Assembly (NCBI GenBank): GCA_001871445.1
Contig: MNVD01000011.1
Span: 29,382-93,381 of the forward strand
Length of the DNA: 64,000 nt
Reading direction: 5' to 3'
Source: Candidatus Magasanikbacteria bacterium CG1_02_41_34
GTDB lineage: Bacteria > Patescibacteriota > Patescibacteriia > Magasanikbacterales > UBA922
The position numbers and the translations under genes were made by a program. The notes beneath the pieces were generated by a model that made no database searches, had not been told where the DNA came from, and worked only from the letters and a program-made list of their open reading frames with translations. Shown piece after piece: positions 28,794 through 38,999 of the stretch. Positions within the stretch are counted from its first letter, which is position 1. Every line of letters starts with the position of its first letter.

Positions 28794-30206
28794 ATGAACA
28801 GATATTTTGTAGAGTTTGAAAACAATATTACTTCACAGTGGGGTGAAGATGGTATTCTTGAAGAAATTTTTAGGCGGATTGGTGATGGAACAAAAATGGC
28901 CATTGAATTTGGTGCGTGGGATGGGAAGCATTGTAGTAATGTTTGGAACCTGTGGAACAACAAAGGGTGGTCAGCAATATTGATAGAATCTGAGGAAAAA
29001 AGAGTTGAAGAATTAAAGCAGAATATTGAAGGATTTGATAACGTAATACCTGTACACGCTTTTGTAGAAACTGAGGGTGATAATACGTTGGATAAAATTC
29101 TTGGCAAGTATCTGCCCGGGAAAAAGGTTGATTTACTTTGTATAGATGTAGATGGAGATGATTATCATATTTTGGAATCAATTGAAACAATAAAACCGCG
29201 TGTAATTGTTATTGAATATAACCCCACTGTTCCTCCACACATAGATATTGTACAAGCAGAAGGTGAATATTTTGGGGCATCTGCAAAAGCTTTGAATAGA
29301 CTTGCGACAGACAAGGGATATGTATTGGTAGATATCACTTCTACTAACATGATTTTTGTAATTGATGATGAATTTCAAAAGATTGACATATCTAGACAAA
29401 CGGTGGATGAACTCTTTGACAAAAGTTTGCTGACTTATGTTATTAGTGGATATGGAGGCTATTCTTTCTTAACTCGTTTACCAAGATTTTCCAATTTTTT
29501 CCAGTTTCGTCGTAAGAAAAAGGTTGGTTTGTCTATACGTGATAAAGACACTTCATGTATTCCCGTTATTATTCGTAGGAATGAATCAATGCTTGCTTTT
29601 GTGAGTAAACGGTTCCATGTCCCCGGTACAAAAGTCACATGGCATCGTGTGTTGGTCCGGTTGATTAATAAAAAAAGAGAATTAAAATTCAGATGGACTC
29701 ATTACAAGAAGCAGAAGACTATACGAGCATATCAAAAAAAATATGATATAAGTACGATGCTTGAAACGGGTACCTATAAAGGGGACATGGTATTTAAGAT
29801 GCGTAATGTATTTAAGAAAATTTATACAATAGAATTAGGGAAGAAGTTGTACGAAGATGCTTGTGTTCGTTTGAAAGATTTTTCTCACATAACATTACTT
29901 CATGGAGATAGTGGAGAAAAAATTACTGAAATACTAACTTCTATAAAAGAACCGACATTGTTTTGGCTTGATGGACATTATTCCGGTGGTGAGACAGCTT
30001 TAGGAAATTTGGAAACGCCTGTGATTGCGGAGTTAAAAAGTATACTAAAACATCCTGTCAAAAATCATGTGATTTTAATTGATGATGCTCGTTGTTTTAA
30101 TGGGGAAAAGGATTATCCCACAATGAAAGAGCTTACTGCTTTAGTTACCCAATTTTCAAATTACACATTGGAGGTTAAGAATGACATAATTAGAGTAGTT
30201 AATTAA
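28794..30206 (+). CDS. Two-domain methyltransferase: an FkbM-family N-domain plus a class I (TylF/macrocin-OMT-like) C-domain
   Basis: The N-domain reads 'MAIEFGAWDGKHCSNVWNL...LLCIDVDGDDYHILESI'. The C-domain reads 'LETGTYKGDMVFKM...LHGDSGEKITEIL...LFWLDGHYSGGET...HVILIDD'. Confidence 0.5.
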   Translation: MNRYFVEFENNITSQWGEDGILEEIFRRIGDGTKMAIEFGAWDGKHCSNVWNLWNNKGWSAILIESEEKRVEELKQNIEGFDNVIPVHAFVETEGDNTLDKILGKYLPGKKVDLLCIDVDGDDYHILESIETIKPRVIVIEYNPTVPPHIDIVQAEGEYFGASAKALNRLATDKGYVLVDITSTNMIFVIDDEFQKIDISRQTVDELFDKSLLTYVISGYGGYSFLTRLPRFSNFFQFRRKKKVGLSIRDKDTSCIPVIIRRNESMLAFVSKRFHVPGTKVTWHRVLVRLINKKRELKFRWTHYKKQKTIRAYQKKYDISTMLETGTYKGDMVFKMRNVFKKIYTIELGKKLYEDACVRLKDFSHITLLHGDSGEKITEILTSIKEPTLFWLDGHYSGGETALGNLETPVIAELKSILKHPVKNHVILIDDARCFNGEKDYPTMKELTALVTQFSNYTLEVKNDIIRVVN

Positions 30207-30227
30207 AACACAATAGATATTAAAAAC

Positions 30228-31298
30228 ATGAAAATACTTTTCGCGTTTAATTTATTTTATTATGATTCACACGAATTGAATTGTGCGTATTATTTTTTTG
30301 TTGACACCTGTTTAAAAATGGGCCATCAAGTTCAGATTGTCGATTTTGGGACACTAAATAGAACAAGCGGTCAAAGATCAATTTCCTCCTTAGTAATGAG
30401 TTATGTGACAAATTATAAGCCAGACCTATTATTTACAGTACCTTCTGGGCGAGAATTGTCAAAGAGTTTATTATTCATAATAAAAAATTTTACAAATACA
30501 GTGACCTTGGCTTGGAATAGTGATGATGACCGGCGCTGGGAAAATTATTCTAGTACATATGTTGACTTGTATGACTTAATGATTACCACATATGAAAATA
30601 TTTTTGATAAGGCTAGAAAAGAAGGACATAACAATGTTTTGCTCAGTCAATGGGCGTCTAATCCGGACTATAATAAACCAATAAAAGGCTTGTCAAAAAA
30701 ATACGATGTAGCTTTTGTTGGTGTCGCCTATGGTGATAGGCCTAATTATATTCAACATTTAATTAATAAGGGTTTTAACGTAAAAGTTGCTGGTAAAAAT
30801 TGGGATAAATATATTTCTGATAGTGATTCTACGCTATCTCAACAAGACATGAGCTTGATTTATAATCAATCGAAGATTGCATTGGTTTTTTCAGGTGGGT
30901 ACGAGAAGGGGAAACAAATAAAGGGAAGAGTTTTTGAAACACCTGCATATAAAGTATGTACCTTTATTGAGGATACTCCGGGATTGGAGAAATTTTATAT
31001 CGATAAGAAAGAAGTAGTCAGTTTCACTGATAAAAATGATTTAGTTGAAAAATTAAAGCTATATTTAGAAGATGATGAATTAAGAGAAAAAGTGGCCCAA
31101 AATGGATACAAAAAAACCAACACATTTAACACGTATCAAAAACGAATGGAGGATATTTTTATTGAAGTTGGGAAAATACAAAAAAAAAATAATATCATTT
31201 CAAGATGGTTGGGAAGGATATTATTAAAAATATCAATTGAGAGTGCTAGGATATATAGTTTATCTAAAAAGATTATAAAAAAACTGAAATTTATATAA
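30228..31298 (+). CDS. CgeB-family / GT-B-like glycosyltransferase-domain protein
   Basis: 'YDVAFVGVAYGDRPNYIQHLINKGFNVKVAGKNWDKY' and 'RVFETPAYKVCTFIEDTPGLEKFY'. Confidence 0.35.
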   Translation: MKILFAFNLFYYDSHELNCAYYFFVDTCLKMGHQVQIVDFGTLNRTSGQRSISSLVMSYVTNYKPDLLFTVPSGRELSKSLLFIIKNFTNTVTLAWNSDDDRRWENYSSTYVDLYDLMITTYENIFDKARKEGHNNVLLSQWASNPDYNKPIKGLSKKYDVAFVGVAYGDRPNYIQHLINKGFNVKVAGKNWDKYISDSDSTLSQQDMSLIYNQSKIALVFSGGYEKGKQIKGRVFETPAYKVCTFIEDTPGLEKFYIDKKEVVSFTDKNDLVEKLKLYLEDDELREKVAQNGYKKTNTFNTYQKRMEDIFIEVGKIQKKNNIISRWLGRILLKISIESARIYSLSKKIIKKLKFI

Positions 31299-31336
31299 AT
31301 AAAAATTTCAGTAGGTATGTCTGCTTGTAAAAAAAT

Positions 31337-32059
31337 ATGAAGAAAAAATATTCATTCGGAGGAGCAAAAAGATTTTTTATTCATTGCTTAAGAAAACCCT
31401 TTATAAGTATGCGTATCTATAAGCATGCTCCTCGTATTTTTTTGTTATTCAAATTTGGTGTCGGTAAAAATAAAAATACACAGTCATATTGGAGCGGAGT
31501 TCACGCATCTGAAGGACATCTGGGAGAAACACAGCATTCGAGATTTGGTAATTCAGTTTCGTCGTTACTAGATCGTATAGATTTTACTGATAGGGATGTT
31601 TTGGATGTTGGATGTGCTCGAGGAACTTTTTTGGAAAGTATACCAGAAGCAAAATCACGTACAGGAGTTGACATTTCTCATGCTGCTGTAGCGGAAGTAC
31701 AAAAAAAAGGTATGATGGCATGGCAGGTCACACTTCCTTACTTATACTTAAAAAAACAGTTTGATATTGTTACTTGCTTTGAAACGTTGGAACATGTCTT
31801 GAAATGGCAAGAAACTATAATTCAACTTGTTCGTCATACTCGAGACAATGGTTATGTCATTATTTCAGTCCCCTTTGAAGATAGTATCGTTATAGATGAA
31901 CATGTTGTATACTTTGATGTATCACGTATATATAAAGAGATGAGAAAACATCTTACTGTTGTGGAGATGCGTATACTGGGTCCCTGGATACTTGTGGTAG
32001 GTCAAAAAAAGAAGTATGTCCGTGGGCAAGTGTATGATGCATATCCAGAACTACTGTGA
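31337..32059 (+). CDS. Class I SAM-dependent methyltransferase
   Basis: Motif I 'VLDVGCARGTFLESI'. The acidic motif is 'DIVTCFETLEHV'. Confidence 0.6.
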   Translation: MKKKYSFGGAKRFFIHCLRKPFISMRIYKHAPRIFLLFKFGVGKNKNTQSYWSGVHASEGHLGETQHSRFGNSVSSLLDRIDFTDRDVLDVGCARGTFLESIPEAKSRTGVDISHAAVAEVQKKGMMAWQVTLPYLYLKKQFDIVTCFETLEHVLKWQETIIQLVRHTRDNGYVIISVPFEDSIVIDEHVVYFDVSRIYKEMRKHLTVVEMRILGPWILVVGQKKKYVRGQVYDAYPELL

Positions 32060-32140
32060 TGTTTGCAAAAGATAGATCGTTAGATGTATGTCTCCTCAAG
32101 ACATGTTGCAGAGAAGGTTTTTAAAGTATATTTTTGATGT

Positions 32141-33226
32141 ATGAAAGAGAAAATAGATTTATCAAAGAAAGCAATAGAGATGTGGAATACATTTGATACA
32201 GATCAAAAAAGTTTTTGGTCTGATTATTTTGAATTGCAAACTGTCTCAATAGAAGATATAAATAAATTTTCTTCATACAGTCATGAATATTTATATTCTC
32301 TAAATAATGAAGAAATCACCAAAGTAGTTTTTTGTATTGTCGTTGAGATTTTGAGATACAATGATATGCATAAAATGAATAGAGCGTTTTTTGGTAATTC
32401 TGGAGGATTGGATAGTGCTACAGTCTGTGCCTTATTGTCAAAAGCCAAAAAAATGGCTAAAGATTTGGGCAATGATTTTGATATTATTTCTTTGGGGTTA
32501 CCAATATATAGTAATCCAGAGCATGATATGCGTGCAAAACAAACTGCACAGAAATTCGAAATAAGTCATGTATTAATAGAAAATCTTGACAATGTTTTGA
32601 AAGAGTGTAAAAAATCTTTAAGTCCGTTGGTTGAAGATTTTAATTTTAATGAAGAAGAAGTGCGTCGTGGTTTTGGTAATGTGAAGGCACGAATGAGGAT
32701 GATTGTAAATTTTTTTGGAACAACGCAACCAGGAAGCTATGTTGTTTCAACTGACAACTTGTCAGAGCTCTACATGGCCTTTTGGACACTCATGGGAGAT
32801 GTGGGGGCATTTGGGCCAATTCAAAATATTTTCAAAGGTTTGGAATTGCCCTCTATTGCGTTTGCACTCGGTGTACCCGAAGAGACGTTGGGTGCAAAAC
32901 CAACAGATGGATTGGAAATACATGCATCATTGGATGAAAGAGAGGGTGGGGATGTCGATGCCTTCAAAGGTGTTCAGTATCCGCATCTTGATGCTATTAT
33001 TTGTTATGCTGTAAAAAATGGTTTAATGTTGGACAAAGACACATTTGTTACGGTTCCAGCCGGAAATATTGATTCGGATTTTGCAACCCAAGAAGTTGTG
33101 GATGGCTTGGTAAGACAGATGTCTAGTCCTGGCTCTGTGTGGAAGAGAAAGAGTGGATCTATTGGTACTGCCATTTGCAGAGAAGATCTCGGTTTATCTC
33201 CTCTAGAGAATATTACGTTAGTTTGA
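32141..33226 (+). CDS. NadE-family PP-loop ATP pyrophosphatase (NAD+ synthetase-like amidating enzyme)
   Basis: PP-loop 'FGNSGGLDSATVCALLSKA'. The NadE-type segment is 'VSTDNLSELYMAFWTLMGDVGAFGPI...LGVPEETLGAKPTDGLE'. Confidence 0.55.
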   Translation: MKEKIDLSKKAIEMWNTFDTDQKSFWSDYFELQTVSIEDINKFSSYSHEYLYSLNNEEITKVVFCIVVEILRYNDMHKMNRAFFGNSGGLDSATVCALLSKAKKMAKDLGNDFDIISLGLPIYSNPEHDMRAKQTAQKFEISHVLIENLDNVLKECKKSLSPLVEDFNFNEEEVRRGFGNVKARMRMIVNFFGTTQPGSYVVSTDNLSELYMAFWTLMGDVGAFGPIQNIFKGLELPSIAFALGVPEETLGAKPTDGLEIHASLDEREGGDVDAFKGVQYPHLDAIICYAVKNGLMLDKDTFVTVPAGNIDSDFATQEVVDGLVRQMSSPGSVWKRKSGSIGTAICREDLGLSPLENITLV

Positions 33227-33235
33227 AGATATACT

Positions 33236-34285
33236 ATGAAACCAACAGTATATATAACCGGTGGATCAAAAAATCCAAGCGGCGGAACAAAAGTCATGAA
33301 TGAATTGACTAATCTTTTTATTGAAAAAGGTTTTGAAAGTTATGCTGTAACTTCAGACGATAGTGGTCCAGCAAGTTTTTTGGAAAATCCCGCCCCTACG
33401 TTGAGTATAAATGAATATGAAAATGGGCTAAAAGAGGATGACATCACGATTGATTTTTGGCCTACCAAGAGATTTTTTAATATATCAAGTAGAAAAAAAA
33501 ATAAGAGAAGAGTTTTTTGGCAGCATGGGGCATCCATACCCATAGGAAATGAATTCGCGGGAGAAGATGTTTTTAAAAAGGGGAACCCCTATACACACCA
33601 TTGGAATGTGAGTAGTGCGTGCGCTGATTATATTGAGTATGCGTATGATTTAAAAAATATTGATATTGTTCATCCATTTTTTGATACAGACATAATGAAA
33701 AAATTTGTTGCAGAAAAAGATAAGCATTCACGAGAAGGGTTCTTAATTTTAGCTAGACGAGGACAAAAGTATATACCAAAAATCATTAAAAAATTTGGGA
33801 CAACGCAAAAAATTACAGTGATGAAACCTCCGTTTCATGAAAAAGATTTCTTTGCACAATTGTTAACGCACGAATTTTATATTTCCGTGGATGATGGCAT
33901 ACACAATGTTATATTAAAAAATAAAATAAAAACAGAAATAAAAAAAATAGTTAATAAAGATTTTAGGATTAAAGAGAATTCAAGAAACAACTGGATAATC
34001 CCAAAAGGTAATTTATTGGGTTTTCCGATGCCACCTGTCGAAGCTGCCTTGTTGGGAACGGTTGTCATTGGTTTTGCTATGGGTGGTGGATTGGAATGGA
34101 TGAATGATAAAAATTGTTTTTTAGCAAAAGATAAAAATGAAAAATCGTTATTTGAAAATATTGAAAAAGCAATTCAAACTCCTTTGCCTGATTTACATAT
34201 AACCAAAGAACAATCTTTTAAAGATATACAAAAGTTTACTAAGACACATACATGGGATCAGATTACTAATTCATTATCTTTATGA
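33236..34285 (+). CDS. Hypothetical, possibly a divergent GT-B glycosyltransferase
   Basis: N-terminus 'VYITGGSKNPSGGTKVMNELTNLF'. The C-terminal segment 'PVEAALLGTVVIGFAMGGGLEWMNDKNCFL' is weakly GT-B-like. Confidence 0.3.
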   Translation: MKPTVYITGGSKNPSGGTKVMNELTNLFIEKGFESYAVTSDDSGPASFLENPAPTLSINEYENGLKEDDITIDFWPTKRFFNISSRKKNKRRVFWQHGASIPIGNEFAGEDVFKKGNPYTHHWNVSSACADYIEYAYDLKNIDIVHPFFDTDIMKKFVAEKDKHSREGFLILARRGQKYIPKIIKKFGTTQKITVMKPPFHEKDFFAQLLTHEFYISVDDGIHNVILKNKIKTEIKKIVNKDFRIKENSRNNWIIPKGNLLGFPMPPVEAALLGTVVIGFAMGGGLEWMNDKNCFLAKDKNEKSLFENIEKAIQTPLPDLHITKEQSFKDIQKFTKTHTWDQITNSLSL

Positions 34286-35082
34286 TTAAAAAAATTATTA
34301 AACAATTTTTTGGATATTTTGGCTTTGATTTGATAAAAAGAAAGAATGTCGAGAGGAAAACTATGTCGGGTATATTGAAGCAGATTTCCAAACAGTGGCA
34401 GCCAGATGTGGTTGTGGACGTTGGGGCAGCTTTTGGTGAATGGTCAAAAGAATGTTATAGTGTATTCCCCAAAGCAAAATATGTATTATTGGAGCCTTTG
34501 GAAGAATACAATAAACCCCTGACAAAAGTTAAAAATAAAATTACAGATTCTATATTTTTGCCAGTAGCCGCTTGCCCTCAAAATGGTAAAATCAATTTTC
34601 ACGTACACGAAGACTTGGTTGGATCTTCGTTAAAAAATGAAACAGAAGGACCGGAAGTTGATGGTAAGGTCAGGATTGTAGAAGGTAAGACTTTGGACAA
34701 TGTCTGTAGTGAAAATGAATTGCAAGGAAATTTTTTAATAAAGATTGATGTTCAAGGAGCGGAATTGGATGTTCTTCGGGGTGCACAGCATATGTTAGCT
34801 AATACACAGTGTGTTATTTTAGAGGTCTCATTTTTCAAATCTTTTGTTAATGCTCCAGACGTATATGAAGTCATTATATTTATGAAAGAAAAAGGTTTTG
34901 TTATTTACGACATAGGTTCTTTTTTATATAGACCTTATGACGGAGCATTGTCTCAGACTGATATGGTTTTTGTAAGAGAAACAAGTATACTCAGAAAATT
35001 TCATGGGTATGCAACTCCAGAACAACGAAACATTCAGAACGATAAATTTAAGAAGCAACGCAATTCGTTTTATGGTATATAA
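34282..35082 (+). CDS. FkbM-family methyltransferase
   Basis: 'VVVDVGAAFGEWSKE', '...LIKIDVQGAELDVLRGAQHML'. It overlaps the upstream gene by 4 nt. Confidence 0.6.
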   Translation: MIKKIIKQFFGYFGFDLIKRKNVERKTMSGILKQISKQWQPDVVVDVGAAFGEWSKECYSVFPKAKYVLLEPLEEYNKPLTKVKNKITDSIFLPVAACPQNGKINFHVHEDLVGSSLKNETEGPEVDGKVRIVEGKTLDNVCSENELQGNFLIKIDVQGAELDVLRGAQHMLANTQCVILEVSFFKSFVNAPDVYEVIIFMKEKGFVIYDIGSFLYRPYDGALSQTDMVFVRETSILRKFHGYATPEQRNIQNDKFKKQRNSFYGI

Positions 35083-35226
35083 TATGTTCAATAACAAAAT
35101 ATATTTGTTGACAACATATCCCTTTTTTCTATTCCAGAATACAAAAAATAAGCCATATGAATCAATAAAATTTTTTACAAAAGAACATACGTGGAATAAA
35201 CAATCAGAGTTGTAAATCTATAATAT

Positions 35227-36051
35227 ATGACAAATAATCAAACAATTGAGGATGTAAAAAACTATTGGAACAAGAGGCCGTGTAATATTCGACATTCAAA
35301 TAAGGAGGTGGGTACAAGGGAATATTTTGATGAAGTAGAAAAAAGGAAATACTTCGTAGAGCCTCATATTCCTGGTTTTGCAGAGTTTGAAAAATGGAAA
35401 GGTAAAAATGTTATGGAGATAGGGTGTGGTCTAGGTACAGATACCATGAGTTTTTTGCGTTCAGGAGCACGAGTTACCGCGATTGATCTCTCTAAAGAGT
35501 CTGTAATGATGGCAGAAAAACGCGCGGAGGTATTTGGTCTGCAAGATCGGGTAGATTTTTATGTTGCAAATGCTGAAAAACTTGATGACGTTGTTCCTAT
35601 CAAACAGTATGATTTGATATATTCATTTGGGGTTATACATCATACACCCCATCCCGAAGTAGTAGTTGAGAAAATAAAAAAATATCTTCCAAAAGGTGGT
35701 GTATTTAAAATGATGGTATATTATAAATTTTCTTGGAAAGTTTTGTGGATCATTATGAGATATGGAAAATTTCAATTTTGGAAGATAAAAGAGTTGGTAC
35801 CAAAATATTCAGAGGCACAAGTAGGGTCTCCTGTCACTTTTTATTATAGTAGAAGGGAAGTGAAGAAGTTATTGGAAGGTTTTGAAATAAAAAATATATT
35901 TGTTGATCACATATTTCCTTTTTCTATTCCTGAATACAAAAAATATGAATATAAAAAAGTTTGGTATTTCCGTTTTATGCCAAAATCGTTGTTCCTTCTC
36001 TTAGAGAAAATGTTTGGATGGCATTTATGTATAACCGCTGTAAAAAAGTAA
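35227..36051 (+). CDS. Class I SAM-dependent methyltransferase
   Basis: 'VMEIGCGLGTDTMSFLRSGARVTAIDLS', '...YDLIYSFGVIHH'. Confidence 0.65.
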   Translation: MTNNQTIEDVKNYWNKRPCNIRHSNKEVGTREYFDEVEKRKYFVEPHIPGFAEFEKWKGKNVMEIGCGLGTDTMSFLRSGARVTAIDLSKESVMMAEKRAEVFGLQDRVDFYVANAEKLDDVVPIKQYDLIYSFGVIHHTPHPEVVVEKIKKYLPKGGVFKMMVYYKFSWKVLWIIMRYGKFQFWKIKELVPKYSEAQVGSPVTFYYSRREVKKLLEGFEIKNIFVDHIFPFSIPEYKKYEYKKVWYFRFMPKSLFLLLEKMFGWHLCITAVKK

Positions 36052-36060
36052 TTTATATAT

Positions 36061-37368
36061 ATGCAACATATTTCAATAATCGGACTTGGCAAATTAGGGG
36101 CTTGTATGGCAGCAACGTATGCGAGCAAGGAACATCGTGTAATTGGAGTTGATATAAATCAAAATGTTGTAAATGCAATTAATGATGGGAAAGCACCTGT
36201 TGATGAAAAAGATCTTGCAGAATATATTGAAAAAAGTGGCGAAAGACTTCGGGCAACTACTGACTACAATGATGCTGTAAAAAATAGCGATATTACATTT
36301 ATTATAGTTCCAACTCCTACAGACGAGACCGGCGGTTTTACATCTCGCTATGTTCAAAAGGCATGTGAGAGCATCGGAGCTGTATTAAAAGAAAAAGAGA
36401 CTTATCACCTGGTGGTTTTGACCAGTACACTTTTACCAGAAGTTTGCGAAGAAGAGGTAATCTCTGTTCTTGAAAAGTTTTCTCAAAAAAAATGTGGAAA
36501 AGATTTTGGTTTTTGTTATAGTCCTGAATTTATTGCGATAGGTACGGTCATACACGATCTATTGAATCCAGATTTCTTCTTGATAGGAGAGTTTGATAAG
36601 AAGTCTGGAGATATACTAGAGAATTTTTATAATTCTGTTTCAGACAACAATGCTCTCTGTAAACGTATGAGTATAACATCTGCAGAACTTACTAAGATTA
36701 GTATAAATTCTTTTCTTACCATGAAAATAACGTATGCTAATATGCTTGCTGAGATTTCAGAACATATTCCCGGTGTAAATGTTGATCATGTCACAAATGC
36801 TCTTGGCAGTGATAAACGGATAGGGAAATATTATTTACATGCTGGACTTGGGTTTGGTGGACCGTGTTTTCCACGAGATAATCGAGCGTTCGCCTATATG
36901 GCAAAAAAGAGGGGTGTCGAAGCACCATTTGCGCAGCAAACTGATGAATACAATAAAACAATTATTAATAGAGCTATAAAATATATTAAAGAGAATATAG
37001 AAAAGGGAGGGGCGGTTGGTATTATTGGCCTTAGTTATAAACCGGGTACATATTTTTGTGAAGAATCTCAAGCCATATCTATAGCCAAACAATTATCAGA
37101 AGATGGATATAGCGTACATGTATTCGAACCCTATGGTCATTCTCATGCCAAAGAACTTTTAGGAGATAGTGTTTCGTATTGTGAATCTTTAAATGAGTGT
37201 ATAGAAAAGAGTTCTCTATTGTTTTTAAGTAATAGGGATAAAGAACTATCTGTTTTGCCAAAATTGCTAGATTCATCTAGCCGTAAAATTATTCTAGACC
37301 CATGGCGTCAGTTTGATAAAGGTGAATTTAGGAATAGCTCAACATATATTACATTTGGAATTAGATAG
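36061..37368 (+). CDS. Nucleotide-sugar dehydrogenase (UDP-glucose / UDP-ManNAc 6-dehydrogenase family)
   Basis: The NAD-binding N-terminus is 'ISIIGLGKLGACMAATYA'. The catalytic motif is 'GLGFGGPCFPRD'. Confidence 0.85.
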   Translation: MQHISIIGLGKLGACMAATYASKEHRVIGVDINQNVVNAINDGKAPVDEKDLAEYIEKSGERLRATTDYNDAVKNSDITFIIVPTPTDETGGFTSRYVQKACESIGAVLKEKETYHLVVLTSTLLPEVCEEEVISVLEKFSQKKCGKDFGFCYSPEFIAIGTVIHDLLNPDFFLIGEFDKKSGDILENFYNSVSDNNALCKRMSITSAELTKISINSFLTMKITYANMLAEISEHIPGVNVDHVTNALGSDKRIGKYYLHAGLGFGGPCFPRDNRAFAYMAKKRGVEAPFAQQTDEYNKTIINRAIKYIKENIEKGGAVGIIGLSYKPGTYFCEESQAISIAKQLSEDGYSVHVFEPYGHSHAKELLGDSVSYCESLNECIEKSSLLFLSNRDKELSVLPKLLDSSSRKIILDPWRQFDKGEFRNSSTYITFGIR

Positions 37369-37371
37369 ATT

Positions 37372-37995
37372 ATGAAAAAATATATAAAAAAAATTACACT
37401 TAAAATCTTTAAAATTTTTGGTATAACAAGGAAAAGAATAGCTTTTCCTATGTTTCGTCATGATATATATTCACAAAACGGAGAGGACGGGATTGTGGAA
37501 TTTATAATTAAAAAAATTCCTTCTTTACCAAAGTATATAATTGATATAGGGGCAAATGATGGTGTGTTGGGAAGTAACAGTCGTTTGTTGATAGAAAAAT
37601 ATAAGTTTGGGGGCCTATTAGTTGAGCCATTTAGCGAGGCGTTCAAAAAATTGGAAGAATTATATGCACATAATGATAACGTAGAGATAAGTAATTTTGC
37701 AGTTGGCTGTGAATCTACCATTGAGGGCAAAATAAATTGGCATGGGCATTTTTCGCAAATGAAGTCTCAGATTGTTAATATCAATGATTTGTTGTCGCAA
37801 TATAATATCCCAAAAGATATAGGATTTTTGTCTATAGATATTGACGGAAATGATAACGATGTTTTATCAGCGATAGACTGGACGGAATACTCACCCATAT
37901 TTGTTATTCAGAGATTGATTCTTCGTCTGACAAGAATTTACAAGAACAAATCAATATTATGGACGACGCGGGGTATTTACCTATGCTTCATATAG
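37372..37995 (+). CDS. FkbM-family methyltransferase
   Basis: 'YIIDIGANDGVLGSNSRLL', '...FLSIDIDGNDNDVL'. Confidence 0.55.
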   Translation: MKKYIKKITLKIFKIFGITRKRIAFPMFRHDIYSQNGEDGIVEFIIKKIPSLPKYIIDIGANDGVLGSNSRLLIEKYKFGGLLVEPFSEAFKKLEELYAHNDNVEISNFAVGCESTIEGKINWHGHFSQMKSQIVNINDLLSQYNIPKDIGFLSIDIDGNDNDVLSAIDWTEYSPIFVIQRLILRLTRIYKNKSILWTTRGIYLCFI

Positions 37996-38099
37996 GAAAT
38001 GTGTTTTATTGTAGAAAAGAGTATAGTGGTAGATTCTTTTTTAATTGGAAATTGAAATTGGAAAATGAATTTGGTTTTTTTAAGCAGTAGCAATTTAGT

Positions 38100-38999
38100 A
38101 TGTCTGAGAAAAAATACCCCAAAATTACATTGGTGACAACTTGCTATAATCATGCAGATTTTATTGCAGAGACAATTGAATCTATTCTATTCCAAGAATA
38201 TCCCAATTTAGAATATATTGTGATAGACGACGGAAGTACTGATGGAAGTTGGGATATTATACAAACATATAAAGATAAGCTTACTGTATGTGAGCACATG
38301 GATGGATATAGGACAACACCCACAATAGCGCTTAATTATGCGATAAAAAAAGGGACAGGGGGAATAATGGGGTGGTTAAATAGTGATGATATTCTTTTAC
38401 CTGGAAGTTTATTTCGGATAGCTCAAATATTTACCGATAATGAAAACGTTGAATGGCTTACTGGAATGGCAAGTACAATTAATATTAAATCAGAACTTGT
38501 TAATTCTACATTGCGGTTAAAAAACAAATATGATTTTTTAATTGGAGATTGGAAAATCATTCAACAAGAGTCCACTTTTTGGCGTAGATCTCTTTGGGAT
38601 AAAACGGGAGGGACTCTGTGTAAAGAATGGGCATTTGATACAGAGCTATGGACACGTTTTTTTATGGAAACAGATCATTATCATGTGGATGTTCCGCTCG
38701 GTGCTTTTAGAAAAGGGCCACAGAGCAAAAGTGTAAGTGATGAAAAATCTTTTTTGGATCCGAGTGAAAGACATTTATCTAAAATGAGAGAAAAAACACG
38801 TATCAAGGATAAAATATATACAGTTTTGTATGTTGTATGTAAAAAGGTATTTTGGCCAGTGTTGGCTATAATTCCTTCTTCTTGGTATGTTCGTGTCCCT
38901 ATTTTGAATATATTTAGTTATACGTTGCTGAAGTATTCATTTAGTAAGGCTAAATGGTGTGAAAAAAGAATTAATCCTTTTAAAACTAAATTTTTATAA
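38100..38999 (+). CDS. GT2-family glycosyltransferase
   Basis: 'KITLVTTCYNHADFIAETIESILFQEYPNLEYIVIDDGSTDGS'. A DxD-type motif follows ('NSDDIL'). Confidence 0.7.
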   Translation: MSEKKYPKITLVTTCYNHADFIAETIESILFQEYPNLEYIVIDDGSTDGSWDIIQTYKDKLTVCEHMDGYRTTPTIALNYAIKKGTGGIMGWLNSDDILLPGSLFRIAQIFTDNENVEWLTGMASTINIKSELVNSTLRLKNKYDFLIGDWKIIQQESTFWRRSLWDKTGGTLCKEWAFDTELWTRFFMETDHYHVDVPLGAFRKGPQSKSVSDEKSFLDPSERHLSKMREKTRIKDKIYTVLYVVCKKVFWPVLAIIPSSWYVRVPILNIFSYTLLKYSFSKAKWCEKRINPFKTKFL

